A stretch of DNA of 63,551 bases, filler included, from Octopus bimaculoides (taxonomy: Eukaryota): NCBI RefSeq assembly GCF_001194135.2. It is 6 parts of 6 records of this genome, joined end to end, with 100 filler letters (N's around TTAATTAATTAA, not from the genome) between each part and the next. Parts side by side here need not be neighbours in the genome. Positions count along the whole stretch, not along the records: positions 51,127 to 60,233 come from NC_068990.1; positions 60,334 to 62,378 come from NW_026357986.1; positions 62,479 to 63,551 come from NW_026435083.1; 3 more parts are not named here. One strand, written 5' to 3'. Below, one piece after another: positions 51,816 through 63,551 of this stretch. A program made the translations under genes and the position numbers. How positions within the stretch are numbered: the first letter of the stretch is position 1; each line of letters starts with the position of its first letter. A model generated the notes under the pieces. It was not told the DNA's origin and searched no databases. It saw only the letters and a program-made list of their open reading frames with translations.

Positions 51816-53261
51816 CACGCTGAAGACCATTTTTTCATCAAGGCCTAATTACAGATCGAAGGAATAAGTGGATCCGAAAATCATGTCTTCAGTGATGCGG
51901 CAGTGCTGAGGATGATTTGTAACATAGGCATAATTGTGTTCTACATTTTGGTAATGAGATATAGTTTGCTAAGTCAACCCATTATATAACTGGTACATAT
52001 GATTTTATGAACTAGGAGAGGATGAGAAGTAAAGTCGATTCTGATCAGATCTGAACCAATAAAATAAAGATATTCCACGTTGATTCAAATTCTCAGCTGA
52101 AAGAAAAGATTAAACAACCAAAGCGTCGAACTGGCAGAGTCGTTAGAGCATCGAATAAGATCGACTTAAATTATTCGTTGTGTCATTTGTTCAGACTTTC
52201 TGAGTTCAAATCCTATGGGCGTCATTTTAGTGTTTCGTTCTTTCAGAGTCGATAAAAACGAGACTGGTGGATTGGAGAGAGTGTAATACATTTAGACTGG
52301 ATGCTTTGCGTTATTTGTTACAAACCTTTACGTTTTGAGTTCAAATCGTTTCATGGCCTACTATTTGCTACATTCAATCCGTTCCCGGTTTAATAACACC
52401 ACCTGGTATCTTCCCTATCTTTAGAGGAATCCACTCCATTCAGTTCATTCGGTCCAAATCTCCAGTTTGAGATTACCTTCTTCTATACCCCCATACCCCA
52501 CGTTCCAGAGACCCTGTAAAAGGGTCACGCGCACTGCCTTCCCTCCTGACAAAAAAAGATAAAATAAAATATTGTCTTTGTGCCTCACAAAAGACCAGTA
52601 GGTATAATTAATTCCTAACGCCCCCACTACGAATAATAATAATAATAATAATAATAAAACACAAAGAATGTAGCCACGTTTTAGGGATCATATGTTTAAA
52701 GTGTACTTAACCATGCTCCTTAAATATGTTATGTTATAATGATGTGGTTGCATAAGATGGGCCTATTATCAACACGACATCTAGTTTGGGTACTGAGCAG
52801 AGATAAGTTTTGTGAAAACATTCACCTCGAAAGGCGTTAATGCACGTATACGGATATATGTGTGTGTGTGCACATATACATATGCATATATGTGACTCTG
52901 TGTGTCTGTGTGAGTATGCAAGTGTGTGTTGCACGTCGAAGAGAAAGTCTGGAATGTTCGTGCGGATGTATGAAGTTGTGTGTATAGAATAAGTATGTTT
53001 GCGCTTCTTTATAGTTCACTTGTGTAATTTATTCCAAATGTGTTTATATTAGATTAGGGGGTTTCAGGCTGAGGGCTGCTAAGGACATTACACATTTTGT
53101 ACGGTGGAGGTACTAGTGGTAGGGGTACTAACGGTGGGGGTAGGTGTTGGGGTTGGTATTGGTGGAAGCTTCTGCATAGCCCGCATAGACAAGCGAACAT
53201 ATGCACATGTATACGTGTGTGTGTATATACATATTCATACATACACACATACGTATGTATG

Positions 53262-53314
<53 letters not shown>

Positions 53315-53462
53315 NNNNNNNNNNNNNNNNNNNNNNNNNNNNNNNNNNNNNNNNNNNNNNNNNNNNNNNNNNNNNNNNNNNNNNNNNNNNNNNNNNNNNN
53401 NNNNNNNNNNNNNNNNNNNNNNNNNNNNNNNNNNNNNNNNNNNNNNNNNNNNNNNNNNNNNN

Positions 53463-53517
<55 letters not shown>

Positions 53518-54358
53518 TGTGAGTGTGTGTCGCTTGCCTACAGTACGGCATTAATGCTTATCTACAATGGCAAAAGTTAACCTCTTCTTTCTATGGTAAA
53601 ATCTGGCACTCTATAAAATGCTTCGAAAGAAAAACAGAAAACAAAGAAAACGACTTTAATCGCTTACAACGGCACACCACCAGCACCACCACTGGCATAA
53701 TTGAACTACCACCACCACCACCATCGCCGCAACCACTAGCACCACCACCACCACCNNNNNNNNNNNNNNNNNNNNNNNNNNNNNNNNNNNNNNNNNNNNN
53801 NNNNNNNNNNNNNNNNNNNNNNNNNNNNNNNNNNNNNNNNNNNNNNNNNNNNNNNNNNNNNNNNNNNNNNNNNNNNNNNNNNNNNNNNNNNNNNNNNNNN
53901 NNNNNNNNNNNNNNNNNNNNNNNNNNNNNNNNNNNNNNNNNNNNNNNNNNNNNNNNNNNNNNNNNNNNNNNNNNNNNNNNNNNNNNACCACCACCACTAC
54001 CACCATCGCAACCAATACCAGCACCACTACAACCACTACCACCACCACCACCACCACTACTATCTCAACTACCTCTTCTATGACCGCAAGCACTACCAGT
54101 TACAATACCACTTGTACCATCGACACCATATCACAACTCCACCGTTTTCATCGCGATGACCACCATCTCCACCATAACAAACGCCACTGCAGTAATCGCC
54201 ACTAATGGACACTGACCATACCATCTGCATCACTGCTGTCAGAATCTCTTAGCAAAAGACACAAGAATAGCCACAATCACCATGACTCAAACCTTTCTAA
54301 CTATCGCACTCATCACAATTACCAGCGGTGCCGTCGTGGTCGTCATCATCATCAACAT

Positions 54359-54402
<44 letters not shown>

Positions 54403-56081
54403 ACAACAACATAATCTTGATCATCACCATAAGGCGGCGGGCTGGCAGAAACGTTAGCACGCCGGGCGAAATGCTTAGCGGTTTTCTGAGTTCAAATTCC
54501 GCCGAGGTCGACTTTGCTTTTCATGCTTTCGGGGTCGATAAATTAAGTACCAGTTGCGTACTGGGGTCATTCNNNNNNNNNNNNNNNNNNNNNNNNNNNN
54601 NNNNNNNNNNNNNNNNNNNNNNNNNNNNNNNNNNNNNNNNNNNNNNNNNNNNNNNNNNNNNNNNNNNNNNNNNNNNNNNNNNNNNNNNNNNNNNNNNNNN
54701 NNNNNNNNNNNNNNNNNNNNNNNNNNNNNNNNNNNNNNNNNNNNNNNNNNNNNNNNNNNNNNNNNNNNNNNNNNNNNNNNNNNNNNNNNNNNNNNNNNNN
54801 NNNNNNNNNNNNNNNNNNNNNNNNNNNNNNNNNNNNNNNNNNNNNNNNNNNNNNNNNNNNNNNNNNNNNNNNNNNNNNNNNNNNNNNNNNNNNNNNNNNN
54901 NNNNNNNNNNNNNNNNNNNNNNNNNNNNNNNNNNNNNNNNNNNNNNNNNNNNNNNNNNNNNNNNNNNNNNNNNNNNNNNNNNNNNNNNNNNNNNNNNNNN
55001 NNNNNNNNNNNNNNNNNNNNNNNNNNNNNNNNNNNNNNNNNNNNNNNNNNNNNNNNNNNNNNNNNNNNNNNNNNNNNNNNNNNNNNNNNNNNNNNNNNNN
55101 NNNNNNNNNNNNNNNNNNNNNNNNNNNNNNNNNNNNNNNNNNNNNNNNNNNNNNNNNNNNNNNNNNNNNNNNNNNNNNNNNNNNNNNNNNNNNNNNNNNN
55201 NNNNNNNNNNNNNNNNNNTGTGGACAAACCACCACACGCAACGCGCACACAGAAACAAAAAAGAGAAGAAAAAAAAGCTAGATAAATGCGCTGACAACAG
55301 CAACAAAAGCTTGAATGGGTGGGCACGGCTTTGGTGTATACGACAGCCATCCTATTCCGCTTCGTAACCACCGCCACAAGAAACTGTAGCTCCGCCTTCC
55401 AGCATCTTCTCCCCCCCCACCCGTTTCAACTCCCTTCGCCCTCATAGCTCTCTTGCCAACGTCACGCAATCAATCTGCTGAAACGGTTACATCTTTGAAA
55501 ATACATACGTAAGGCTTTTTTCGCCTCCAGCAAGAATTTGCCGTGTAGACAAACACTTCTGCCCTTTACTATTTCCTCCTTCGTCCTCTCTGTCTCTCTC
55601 TGTACTCCCTCTCTCTGTACCCCGTCTCTCTCTGTCTCTGTCTCTCTGTCTCTCTTTCATTTTTCTCTCTCTTTCACTTTCTCTCTCTCTCCGTCTCTCT
55701 AAGCTGCGTCTGACGTTTTCACACTTTCCGTTTATTCGGCACCACATATTTGTGCGTGTGTACGTGCATTCTTGCATGTGTATGTGTGTGTGTGTGTGTG
55801 TATACATATGTATGCGATGATGCGAACGATGTGTTTGCGTAGGTTCCGCATATATGTGTGTGTCTACCCGGTTGTGCTGTGTGTGTATGTATGTATGTAT
55901 GTATGTATGCGTGTGTGCATGTGTGTCTCTGTGTCATTTTATGAGCGTATATTCTGTCAGACATTTTTTTCACACAAACCGAAAAATTCTAATTCCCTAC
56001 ATTATACGTACGCACAACTGTATGCGTATATACATACACACAGAGACATTCATGCACGCATACACATACAGAGAGAGAGAG

Positions 56082-56116
<35 letters not shown>

Positions 56117-56950
56117 GATATACGCACAAGCAACACACATACCTATACACACAGATACACACANNNNNNNNNNNNNNNNNNNNNNNNNNNNNNNNNNNNN
56201 NNNNNNNNNNNNNNNNNNNNNNNNNNNNNNNNNNNNNNNNNNNNNNNNNNNNNNNNNNNNNNNNNNNNNNNNNNNNNNNNNNNNNNNNNNNNNNNNNNNN
56301 NNNNNNNNNNNNNNNNNNNNNNNNNNNNNNNNNNNNNNNNNNNNNNNNNNNNNNNNNNNNNNNNNNNNNNNNNNNNNNNNNNNNNNNNNNNNNNNNNNNN
56401 NNNNNNNNNNNNNNNNNNNNNNNNNNNNNNNNNNNNNNNNNNNNNNNNNNNNNNNNNNNNNNNNNNNNNNNNNNNNNNNNNNNNNNNNNNNNNNNNNNNN
56501 NNNNNNNNNNNNNNNNNNNNNNNNNNNNNNNNNNNNNNNNNNNNNNNNNNNNNNNNNNNNNNNNNNNNNNNNNNNNNCCAATCCGAATACTTGTAGAACT
56601 CTGGTAACGCCGCTCACAGAGCACGTGATGGTGTTTCGCCAATTAGTTAGAAACATACGAACATACATACACACATATACGCACACAGACACGCGCGCGT
56701 TCAAACACACACACACACACACACACACGCACGAAGACACACATTCGTCTCTCTCACCTACATACATACACACATACACACACACATACATACATACATA
56801 CATACAGACAGACAGACAGACATACTTGTAGATATGTATACATATATTTATACACACATGTACGCACCCACACGTTCATATATATATCTGTATACGTGGA
56901 TATGTGCACAAATACAAAAATACAAAAATACAAAATGTGAGCGTATGCGC

Positions 56951-56998
<48 letters not shown>

Positions 56999-57082
56999 AT
57001 ATGTATGTATGTATGTACACACACACACACTCAAACACTCACACATACATATATGCGTATGTTTAAGTATGTTCATATATGC

Positions 57083-57139
<57 letters not shown>

Positions 57140-58424
57140 AAGAAAGAGAGAGAGAGAGAGACAAAGAAAGAAAGAAAGAAAGAAAGAGAGAAAGAAATAA
57201 AGAATAACAGACAGACAGACAGATAGACAGATAGATAGATAGATGGATGATGTCGGAATGTACGTACTTGTATGTATGTGTGTGTGTGTGTTTATGTATG
57301 TGTGTATGTATGTATGTATGCATGCATGTATGTGCGTGTATGTATGTGTATGCGCATGCGTGTGGTGTATATGGTTTGTGTATGAATGTGTGATAACGTA
57401 CCATGTACATTCAGGTCTCTCGTCAACAAACCAATGGGTGCGGGGGTCAACGAGTACAAAAGGTATTTCCTGTTCTATTTTAGTTCTCCTAAACGTTAAG
57501 AAGATTCAGAAAGAAGCATTGTAATCTTATTCTGAGTTCTCGTTGTCGTTAACGAACGAGACTTCACTTCCCCATATTACCTATCCACTATAAATGAATC
57601 CAGACAGACAGTGAGAGATCAGTAACCCCAAATGACCGACGCCCGTAAGGCTTTTGAATCTACATGCAGTCACTCATTTAACATGCCTATTGAGCTGACG
57701 CGTCTGTGGGTGCAGTCAAATGACTGAAACAAGTAAAAGAATAAAAGAATATGTGCTTATGTGTGTGTGGGGGGGGAGCACATGTGTCATTTTGAATGGA
57801 TTAATGGAACAGATCGATCTCAGTATTAATATTTTGAAGTCAAGTACTTATTCTATTGGTTTCTTTAGTCGAACCTCTGAGGGAAAACGAGACTAGTTTC
57901 CTCAATTGTCATAACTCAAAAAAGGCTGGGTTTCTTTTTTAACTGTCCACGAGGACGCTTCTTATAAACCCAATGTTGCTAACGGCTCCGGTATATCGGA
58001 AAGACCGATTTGAATATGAAACGCATTCTTGCTAGTTACTCTCACACTGTAGTCGTGAGACAAAGCGCTGTTAACGCACTATTAATTTAGTGATTGAACT
58101 AGCTGGTAAGAATAGGTAGACAATTAAACTTATGCTCTTGATAAGAGTAGATTTATATATTGTGTCTCCGTGGGTAACAAAATACCAAGATAGGAGTGAA
58201 ACTAGTCTGACTGATGCCTCTTATTCTTTCTATGGGAATACTAAATTCATACATACGCACACACGTATACACATAATACATCCATCCATCCATCCATACG
58301 TACATACATACATGCATGCATACATACATACATACATACATACATACATACATACATACATAGTGGCTGCTTTCTCGTATGCGAACAAAGCCATTGCTAG
58401 AAAGAATAATTGAAATGGGTCATT

Positions 58425-58738
58425 GATAATGTAATGTAAGGCCCTTATATGGCTCTTGAGCTCTGCTAAAGATTTGCACATTTTATTGCATAATGCACAA
58501 TTGTACTGGCTGGCAGAGAGAGAACAGGTGCCACAGCATGAACTCTTTTTACATGTCTTTTATATCCTCCACCTGAACGGCACACCTTTCTACAGGTTGC
58601 GCATGTTCTCTTGTGAGCAGTAGTCGTATCACAATTTACAAGGGGTTGGTTCCAGTGACTTCTCTGATGGCTGACCAAGCATGACTCAAGCATTTCCTTC
58701 TCACAAATCATACACATAAAAAAAAAACACCCCTTCAT
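58425..58738 (-). mobile_element. Three C2H2 zinc fingers with a frameshift, probably the C-terminus of an RTE-clade LINE
   Basis: CMICEKEMLESCLVSHQRSH and CATCRKVCRSGGGYKRHVKRVH, then in another frame CALCNKMCKSLAELKSHIRALH. No TGEKP linkers; the CxxCxKxCKSxxxLxxH style is typical of RTE ORF ends. Confidence 0.55.
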
Positions 58739-58859
58739 TTTCTACTGGGTCATTCTTTCTAAGCTTTCTCTTACTTTTTTCTCTCTTCCAAACTTCGAAC
58801 AACCACTGTGCACTCTTTTCCTCCATCCATTTCTATACATACATATATACATACATACA

Positions 58860-58890
<31 letters not shown>

Positions 58891-58904
58891 GCCTGCATAT
58901 ATAA

Positions 58905-59182
58905 TCGTGGCACTCCGTCGGTTACGACGACAAGGGTTCCAGTTGATCCGATCAACGGAACAGCCTGATCATGAAATCAGGCACAACAGAAACAGAAAGA
59001 AAGAGTGAGAGAAAGTTTTGCTGAAAGAGTACAGCAGGGTTCGCTACCACCCACTGCTGGAGCGTCGTGGAGCTTTAGGTGTTTTCAGTCAATAAACACT
59101 CACAACGCCCGGTCTGAGAATCGAAAACGCGATCCCACGACCGCGAGTCCGCTGCCCTAACCACTGAGCAATTGCGCCTCCA
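58905..59182 (-). mobile_element. Family C SINE with an internal deletion; a body/tail fragment also lies at 23900-24066 (+)
   Basis: Head ..gctgccctaaccactg.gc.attgcgcctcc (reverse) and tail gtggcactccgtcggttacgacgac (reverse). Confidence 0.8.
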
Positions 59183-59364
59183 CTATATATAATATATACG
59201 CATACATGCATACACACACGCAAAACACCTACACATGTGTATGTATGTATGTATGTATGTATCTATGTATCTATGTATCTATGTATCTATCTATGTATGT
59301 ACGAATACATACACGTAAATACATGTGTTTATGTATGTATGTATTTTTGTATCCACATGGAAAG

Positions 59365-59429
59365 GCTTGACAGTGGCTTAGAAGTTTCGGTTCGCTCACC
59401 TTCGTCAGACTGTGTGACCGAAGTCAAGC
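59365..59429 (-). ncRNA. Type I hammerhead-ribozyme-like motif with an extended, bulged helix I
   Basis: Minus strand GCUUGAC-uucggucacac-AGU CUGACGA A GGU gagcga ACC GAAA CUUcuAAG CC ACUGUCAAGC. Helix I is 10 bp with an 11-nt bulge; helix II is 3 bp; helix III is short. The cleavage triplet reads GCC instead of GUC. Confidence 0.55.
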
Positions 59430-59695
59430 AATAAACAACTTCGAAATCACACTTAACGTTTTCTCCGTACAAGTTTAGTAAACATGTACTCTACTAAAAA
59501 GCATTGAGTTATCCTTTAGTTTAACGTTAAATTTTATTTTTAACTTAACATAAAAATTTAAAAAACCATATACATATATATATATACATATATGTATACA
59601 TACATACGTACTACATACATTCCCGCTAAAAAATATTTACAAACGTGTTCTGTAATATTGTACAGAACTGAAACAAAACACTGTTGATGCACCCG

Positions 59696-59749
<54 letters not shown>

Positions 59750-59778
59750 CATATATATATGTATATATATGTGTGTGC

Positions 59779-59839
<61 letters not shown>

Positions 59840-61939
59840 TATACATATATAATTGCCTACATAGGCACATAAGCATATCTACACTTGGTACTTGACTGGC
59901 AGTAGAATGTGCCAAGTAAGCAAGAATTTTTTTTTCTGTTTCTGTACACTCTTGGAGACTTTCTGCTTAACTTATATTCCCTGTTGTGCATCATTCTTCC
60001 TTCCCCGTCATCACAACCACCCTCATAACCATCTCAAAACCACCCCACGGCCAGACGTCTCTGTAATTTTCCGCCTCCGCTCCTGTTCCTAAAAATCTTA
60101 ACCACCCCTCCTCCTTCTGTTTTCGCAAACACCACCCACCCCCTCCTCCTTTTCATATTATCGTCTAGCACCAAGTCATCCCCCCAACGCCGACGACGTC
60201 AGCGTCAGCGCCACCAAAGCCCACACCATCACANNNNNNNNNNNNNNNNNNNNNNNNNNNNNNNNNNNNNNNNNNNNTTAATTAATTAANNNNNNNNNNN
60301 NNNNNNNNNNNNNNNNNNNNNNNNNNNNNNNNNATATATATATATATATATTTGTATATATATATGTAAGTATATATATATATGTACACGTACACACACA
60401 CATATATATCATCATCATCCTTGTTTAACATCTGCTTTCCATGCTGGCATGGGTTGGACAGTTCGACTGAAAACTGGTAAGCAGGTTCCAATTTCATTTG
60501 ACAAGGTTTCTATGGCTGGATGACCTTCCTAATGCTAACCACTCTGAGAGTGTAGTGGGTGCTTTTCATATGCCACCAGCACAGGTGCCATTGACCTGAC
60601 ACCAACATCAGCCACAACTACAGTCTCACTTGGCTTGACAGGTCAACACAAGCATGGTGTATTGCTAAGGGTCTTGGATACCTGTCACTGCCTCCATGAA
60701 GCCCAATGTTCAAATGGTGCTTTTTACATGCCACCAGCACAGGTGCCAGTCAGATGACACTGGTGTTGGCCACATGCATGTGTGTGTGTGTGCATATGAA
60801 GGTGCATGGCTTCGTGGTTAAGGTGTGGCACTCGTAGTTGCAAGATTGTGGTTTTGATTCCAAGACCAAGCATTTATTTGTGCTCTTGAGCAAAAGACTT
60901 CATTGCACATTGCTCTTCAATCATTTTGTTATCTAACATGTGATGCATCATACACCTGTACAGGTAATGTCAATCTGATGAAGGGAGTGAGCACAAATAT
61001 CTGATCACTATAAACAAATCATGTGTAGTTGTCCAGCAAGAAACTGCAGAACCCTCAAACATTGTCTAACAACATAAGAATTCCATGATATATATGTGTG
61101 TATATGTACATGTAAATATCATAATTGGGCCCCTAGATTTATGAGACCCTTGGGCAACTGCCAAATGTGTGTGTTCATGCCTTTAGATGGCACTGTTTAG
61201 GGGTCATCCTCAATTGAGATACAGACTAGTGATTTAATCTCTCCACAGAATTGAAGAAAGTCATCACTTACTTTGGTGTGGTTGATTGGCCCAAGGTCTT
61301 GTGTCAATCTCTAGGTACTCTGACTGAAGTGGTGTAAGTAATCTTGTGTGTATGTCTCAAGTTCAAAGATATTGTTGATGGATTGGATAACTGCCTGCTC
61401 GAAGTCAAGAATTATTGGCAGTGAGCTGGTAGAATTCATCCATCTTTACATTCTGAGCTCAAATTCCGTCTGGGTCAACTTCACTTTTTGTCTTTTCAAA
61501 GTTGAGAAAAAAAAAGTATTAGTTGAGCACTGGGATTGATGTAATCAACTTACTCTCTCCCCAATAATTGCTGGCCTCATGCCGAAATTTGAGACCAATT
61601 ATTGTTGTTGGGTGTGGTTAGAATTTAATCACCTGATAGCAATTCATTAACTGTTTACAACAAGATTTCATGTGACTCTTGTATTTTAACTCTTTACCAT
61701 TTTAGCATTCAGATTATTCTGTCAAATGTAATCCTTATTTATTCACATTCTTTTGAGTTCATCATTCTGGGGGATGGGGATAGCCGATTATATCGATTCT
61801 AGTGTTTTACTGGTCCTAATTTCTGTCAATATACAATTTGAGACCTGTTAATGAATAAAAAAAAAAAACCAGCTTACTAGGGGTAAAAGAATATGTAGAA
61901 AACAAATATGAAAAAAAAATTTGCGGGGCAATGACTTTC

Positions 61940-62310
61940 GGAAAATTCACAAGATCCAATTTTTTCCTCATAACTTTCAGGAAAATGGATAGATATTAGT
62001 AAAATTTTATAGAAATACCATTCAAATAGCAAAAATTACGATTATAAAGAAATCTCTGGTGAAAATGTTTTCCGAAGGGTTGGGAGAGGATTTTGGAAAA
62101 TTCACAGTCCGTTTTTTTCCGTCATAACTTTCAGGAAAATGGATATCTTTTATTGAAATTTTACAGAAACACCTTTCAAACAGCATAGATTACGATTATA
62201 AAGAAATTTGTAGAGAAAATGTCTTCCCAAAGGGTGGGGAGAGGACTGTCGGAAAGTTCACATGATCTGTTTATTTTTCCCCTCATAACTTTCAAGATCC
62301 AGTTTAGCGC
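61940..62310 (+). repeat. 155-156-bp tandem repeat, about 2.3 copies
   Basis: gaaa(a/g)ttcac recurs at 61941, 62096 and 62252, with colinear cataactttca(g/a)g..ttacgattataaagaaat. Confidence 0.85.
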
Positions 62311-62479
62311 CCGGTCACCAAAACGGCAAAAAAATCCCAGTCTAATAGGTGTACAAAAACGCGTAGAAAACGAATATGNNNNNNNNNNNNNNNNNNNNNN
62401 NNNNNNNNNNNNNNNNNNNNNNTTAATTAATTAANNNNNNNNNNNNNNNNNNNNNNNNNNNNNNNNNNNNNNNNNNNNT

Positions 62480-63500
62480 TTCACTCCTTAGATATGGAGC
62501 AGGGGTAATCGCATGGACAGTAGACGAATTAAACAACTTATACAGAAAGACAAGGAAGTTGCTGACTACATATGGGATACTCCAGCCAAAAAGTGACACA
62601 GACAGACTGCATGTACCTAGAAAAAGAGGGGGAAAATGACTGACTGAATGCAAAGACAGCGTTAGAGTAGGAGAAAATAACAAATAACATTGCATGGTAC
62701 GTAAAAAATGCGACAGAACTGCTATTATTGGAAGTAAGAAGGTCAAGCTTGTGCGGGATGAAAGATTGCAAAGATAAAGCACCGTACAAGAAATTGAAAA
62801 TGAATGAAACTGAAAATAGGTGGGTAAAGAAAGGAACGCCTGGATATTTTCACAGAGATGTTGAAGATAAGGCAGACAGAGAAAATAGATGTTCTATGGA
62901 TGAATAAAAGTGATTTAAACCAGAAACAGAGGCTCTAATCTGTGCTGTCCAAGAGCAAGCACTATGAACAAACTACATCAAATACAGAATAGACAACACA
63001 TCAGAAAGCGATAAGTGCAGAATTCGTGGGGAAAATAGTGAAACCGGTTGGCATACTACTAATCAATGTACGCCACTAGCCCAGAAAGAATATAAGAGAC
63101 GTCACGACAATATAGCAAGGATTGTCCTTTGGAAACTTTGCAACAATTATTGACTTGGCAGAGCAAAAAAGTGGTACGAATCTAAACCCGAAGGCACCAT
63201 CGAAAATGAGAATGCAAAAATCCTATGAGATTTTATGATTCAGACATAGTGTCAATTTAGAAAAAAAAACAAACAAACGATGCTGGGTCATAGATAATTG
63301 TCGGAGCCCTAGGAACAGTGAGTAAAATTCTTGAGAAGTACATGATAAATATTGCAGTCCCTCTTGATCAAAATATTGTCAAAAAATGAAGTACAGACAT
63401 TGGCAAAGTACGAAGACCTCCAAATTGAAGTTTTCAAAATGTGAAGCATGACGGGGAAAACAATACCAAAAAAAATTGGAGCAATGGGCATGATATTTCG
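62480..63500 (+). mobile_element. R4/Dong-like non-LTR retrotransposon fragment (RT thumb, CCHC, RLE start)
   Basis: SLLRYGAGVIAW..RKTRKLLT..DRLHVPRKRGG, EQAL*TNYIKYRIDNTSESDKCRI..ETGWH..CTPLAQKEYKRRHDNIARIVLWKLC, KIL*DFMIQT; multiple stops. Confidence 0.85.
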
Positions 63501-63551
63501 ACATTCTTTTAATTTTGACTCTATATCTTCAGGAGGAGTTACCTCAATCCT

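Noticed and set aside
1-63551. CRISPR arrays, operons or other prokaryotic systems
   Set aside because: No repeat-spacer arrays or gene-dense regions; the sequence is eukaryotic repeat-rich DNA.

Overview
AT-rich eukaryotic (animal) genomic DNA from a gapped draft assembly, most likely a cephalopod such as Octopus (inferred from the SINE repertoire and extreme microsatellite density; not verified by search). Most of the window is intronic/intergenic: microsatellites, at least six short interspersed element families (labelled A-F here), two decayed maT-type (DD37D) Tc1/mariner transposons, R4/Dong-like, CR1-like and RTE-like LINE fragments, Penelope-like fragments and MITEs. Almost all ORFs in the supplied track are microsatellite or N-gap artefacts. 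One convincing host coding sequence is present: an intact 71-codon minus-strand ORF (50144-50359) encoding an XRN2-binding domain (XTBD; PAXT-1/CDKN2AIP/CDKN2AIPNL/NKRF family), with an Sp1/ETS-like motif upstream. The most interesting unannotated structures are six hammerhead-ribozyme-like motifs (five minimal Penelope-type and one extended type I at 59365-59429), a pre-miRNA-shaped hairpin (14149-14211), a 150-bp palindrome (9714-9863), inverted SINE pairs that could form dsRNA, and R4/Dong 3' ends sitting in the (ATT)n tails of family A SINEs. All family assignments come from motif recognition by eye; no database searches were run.
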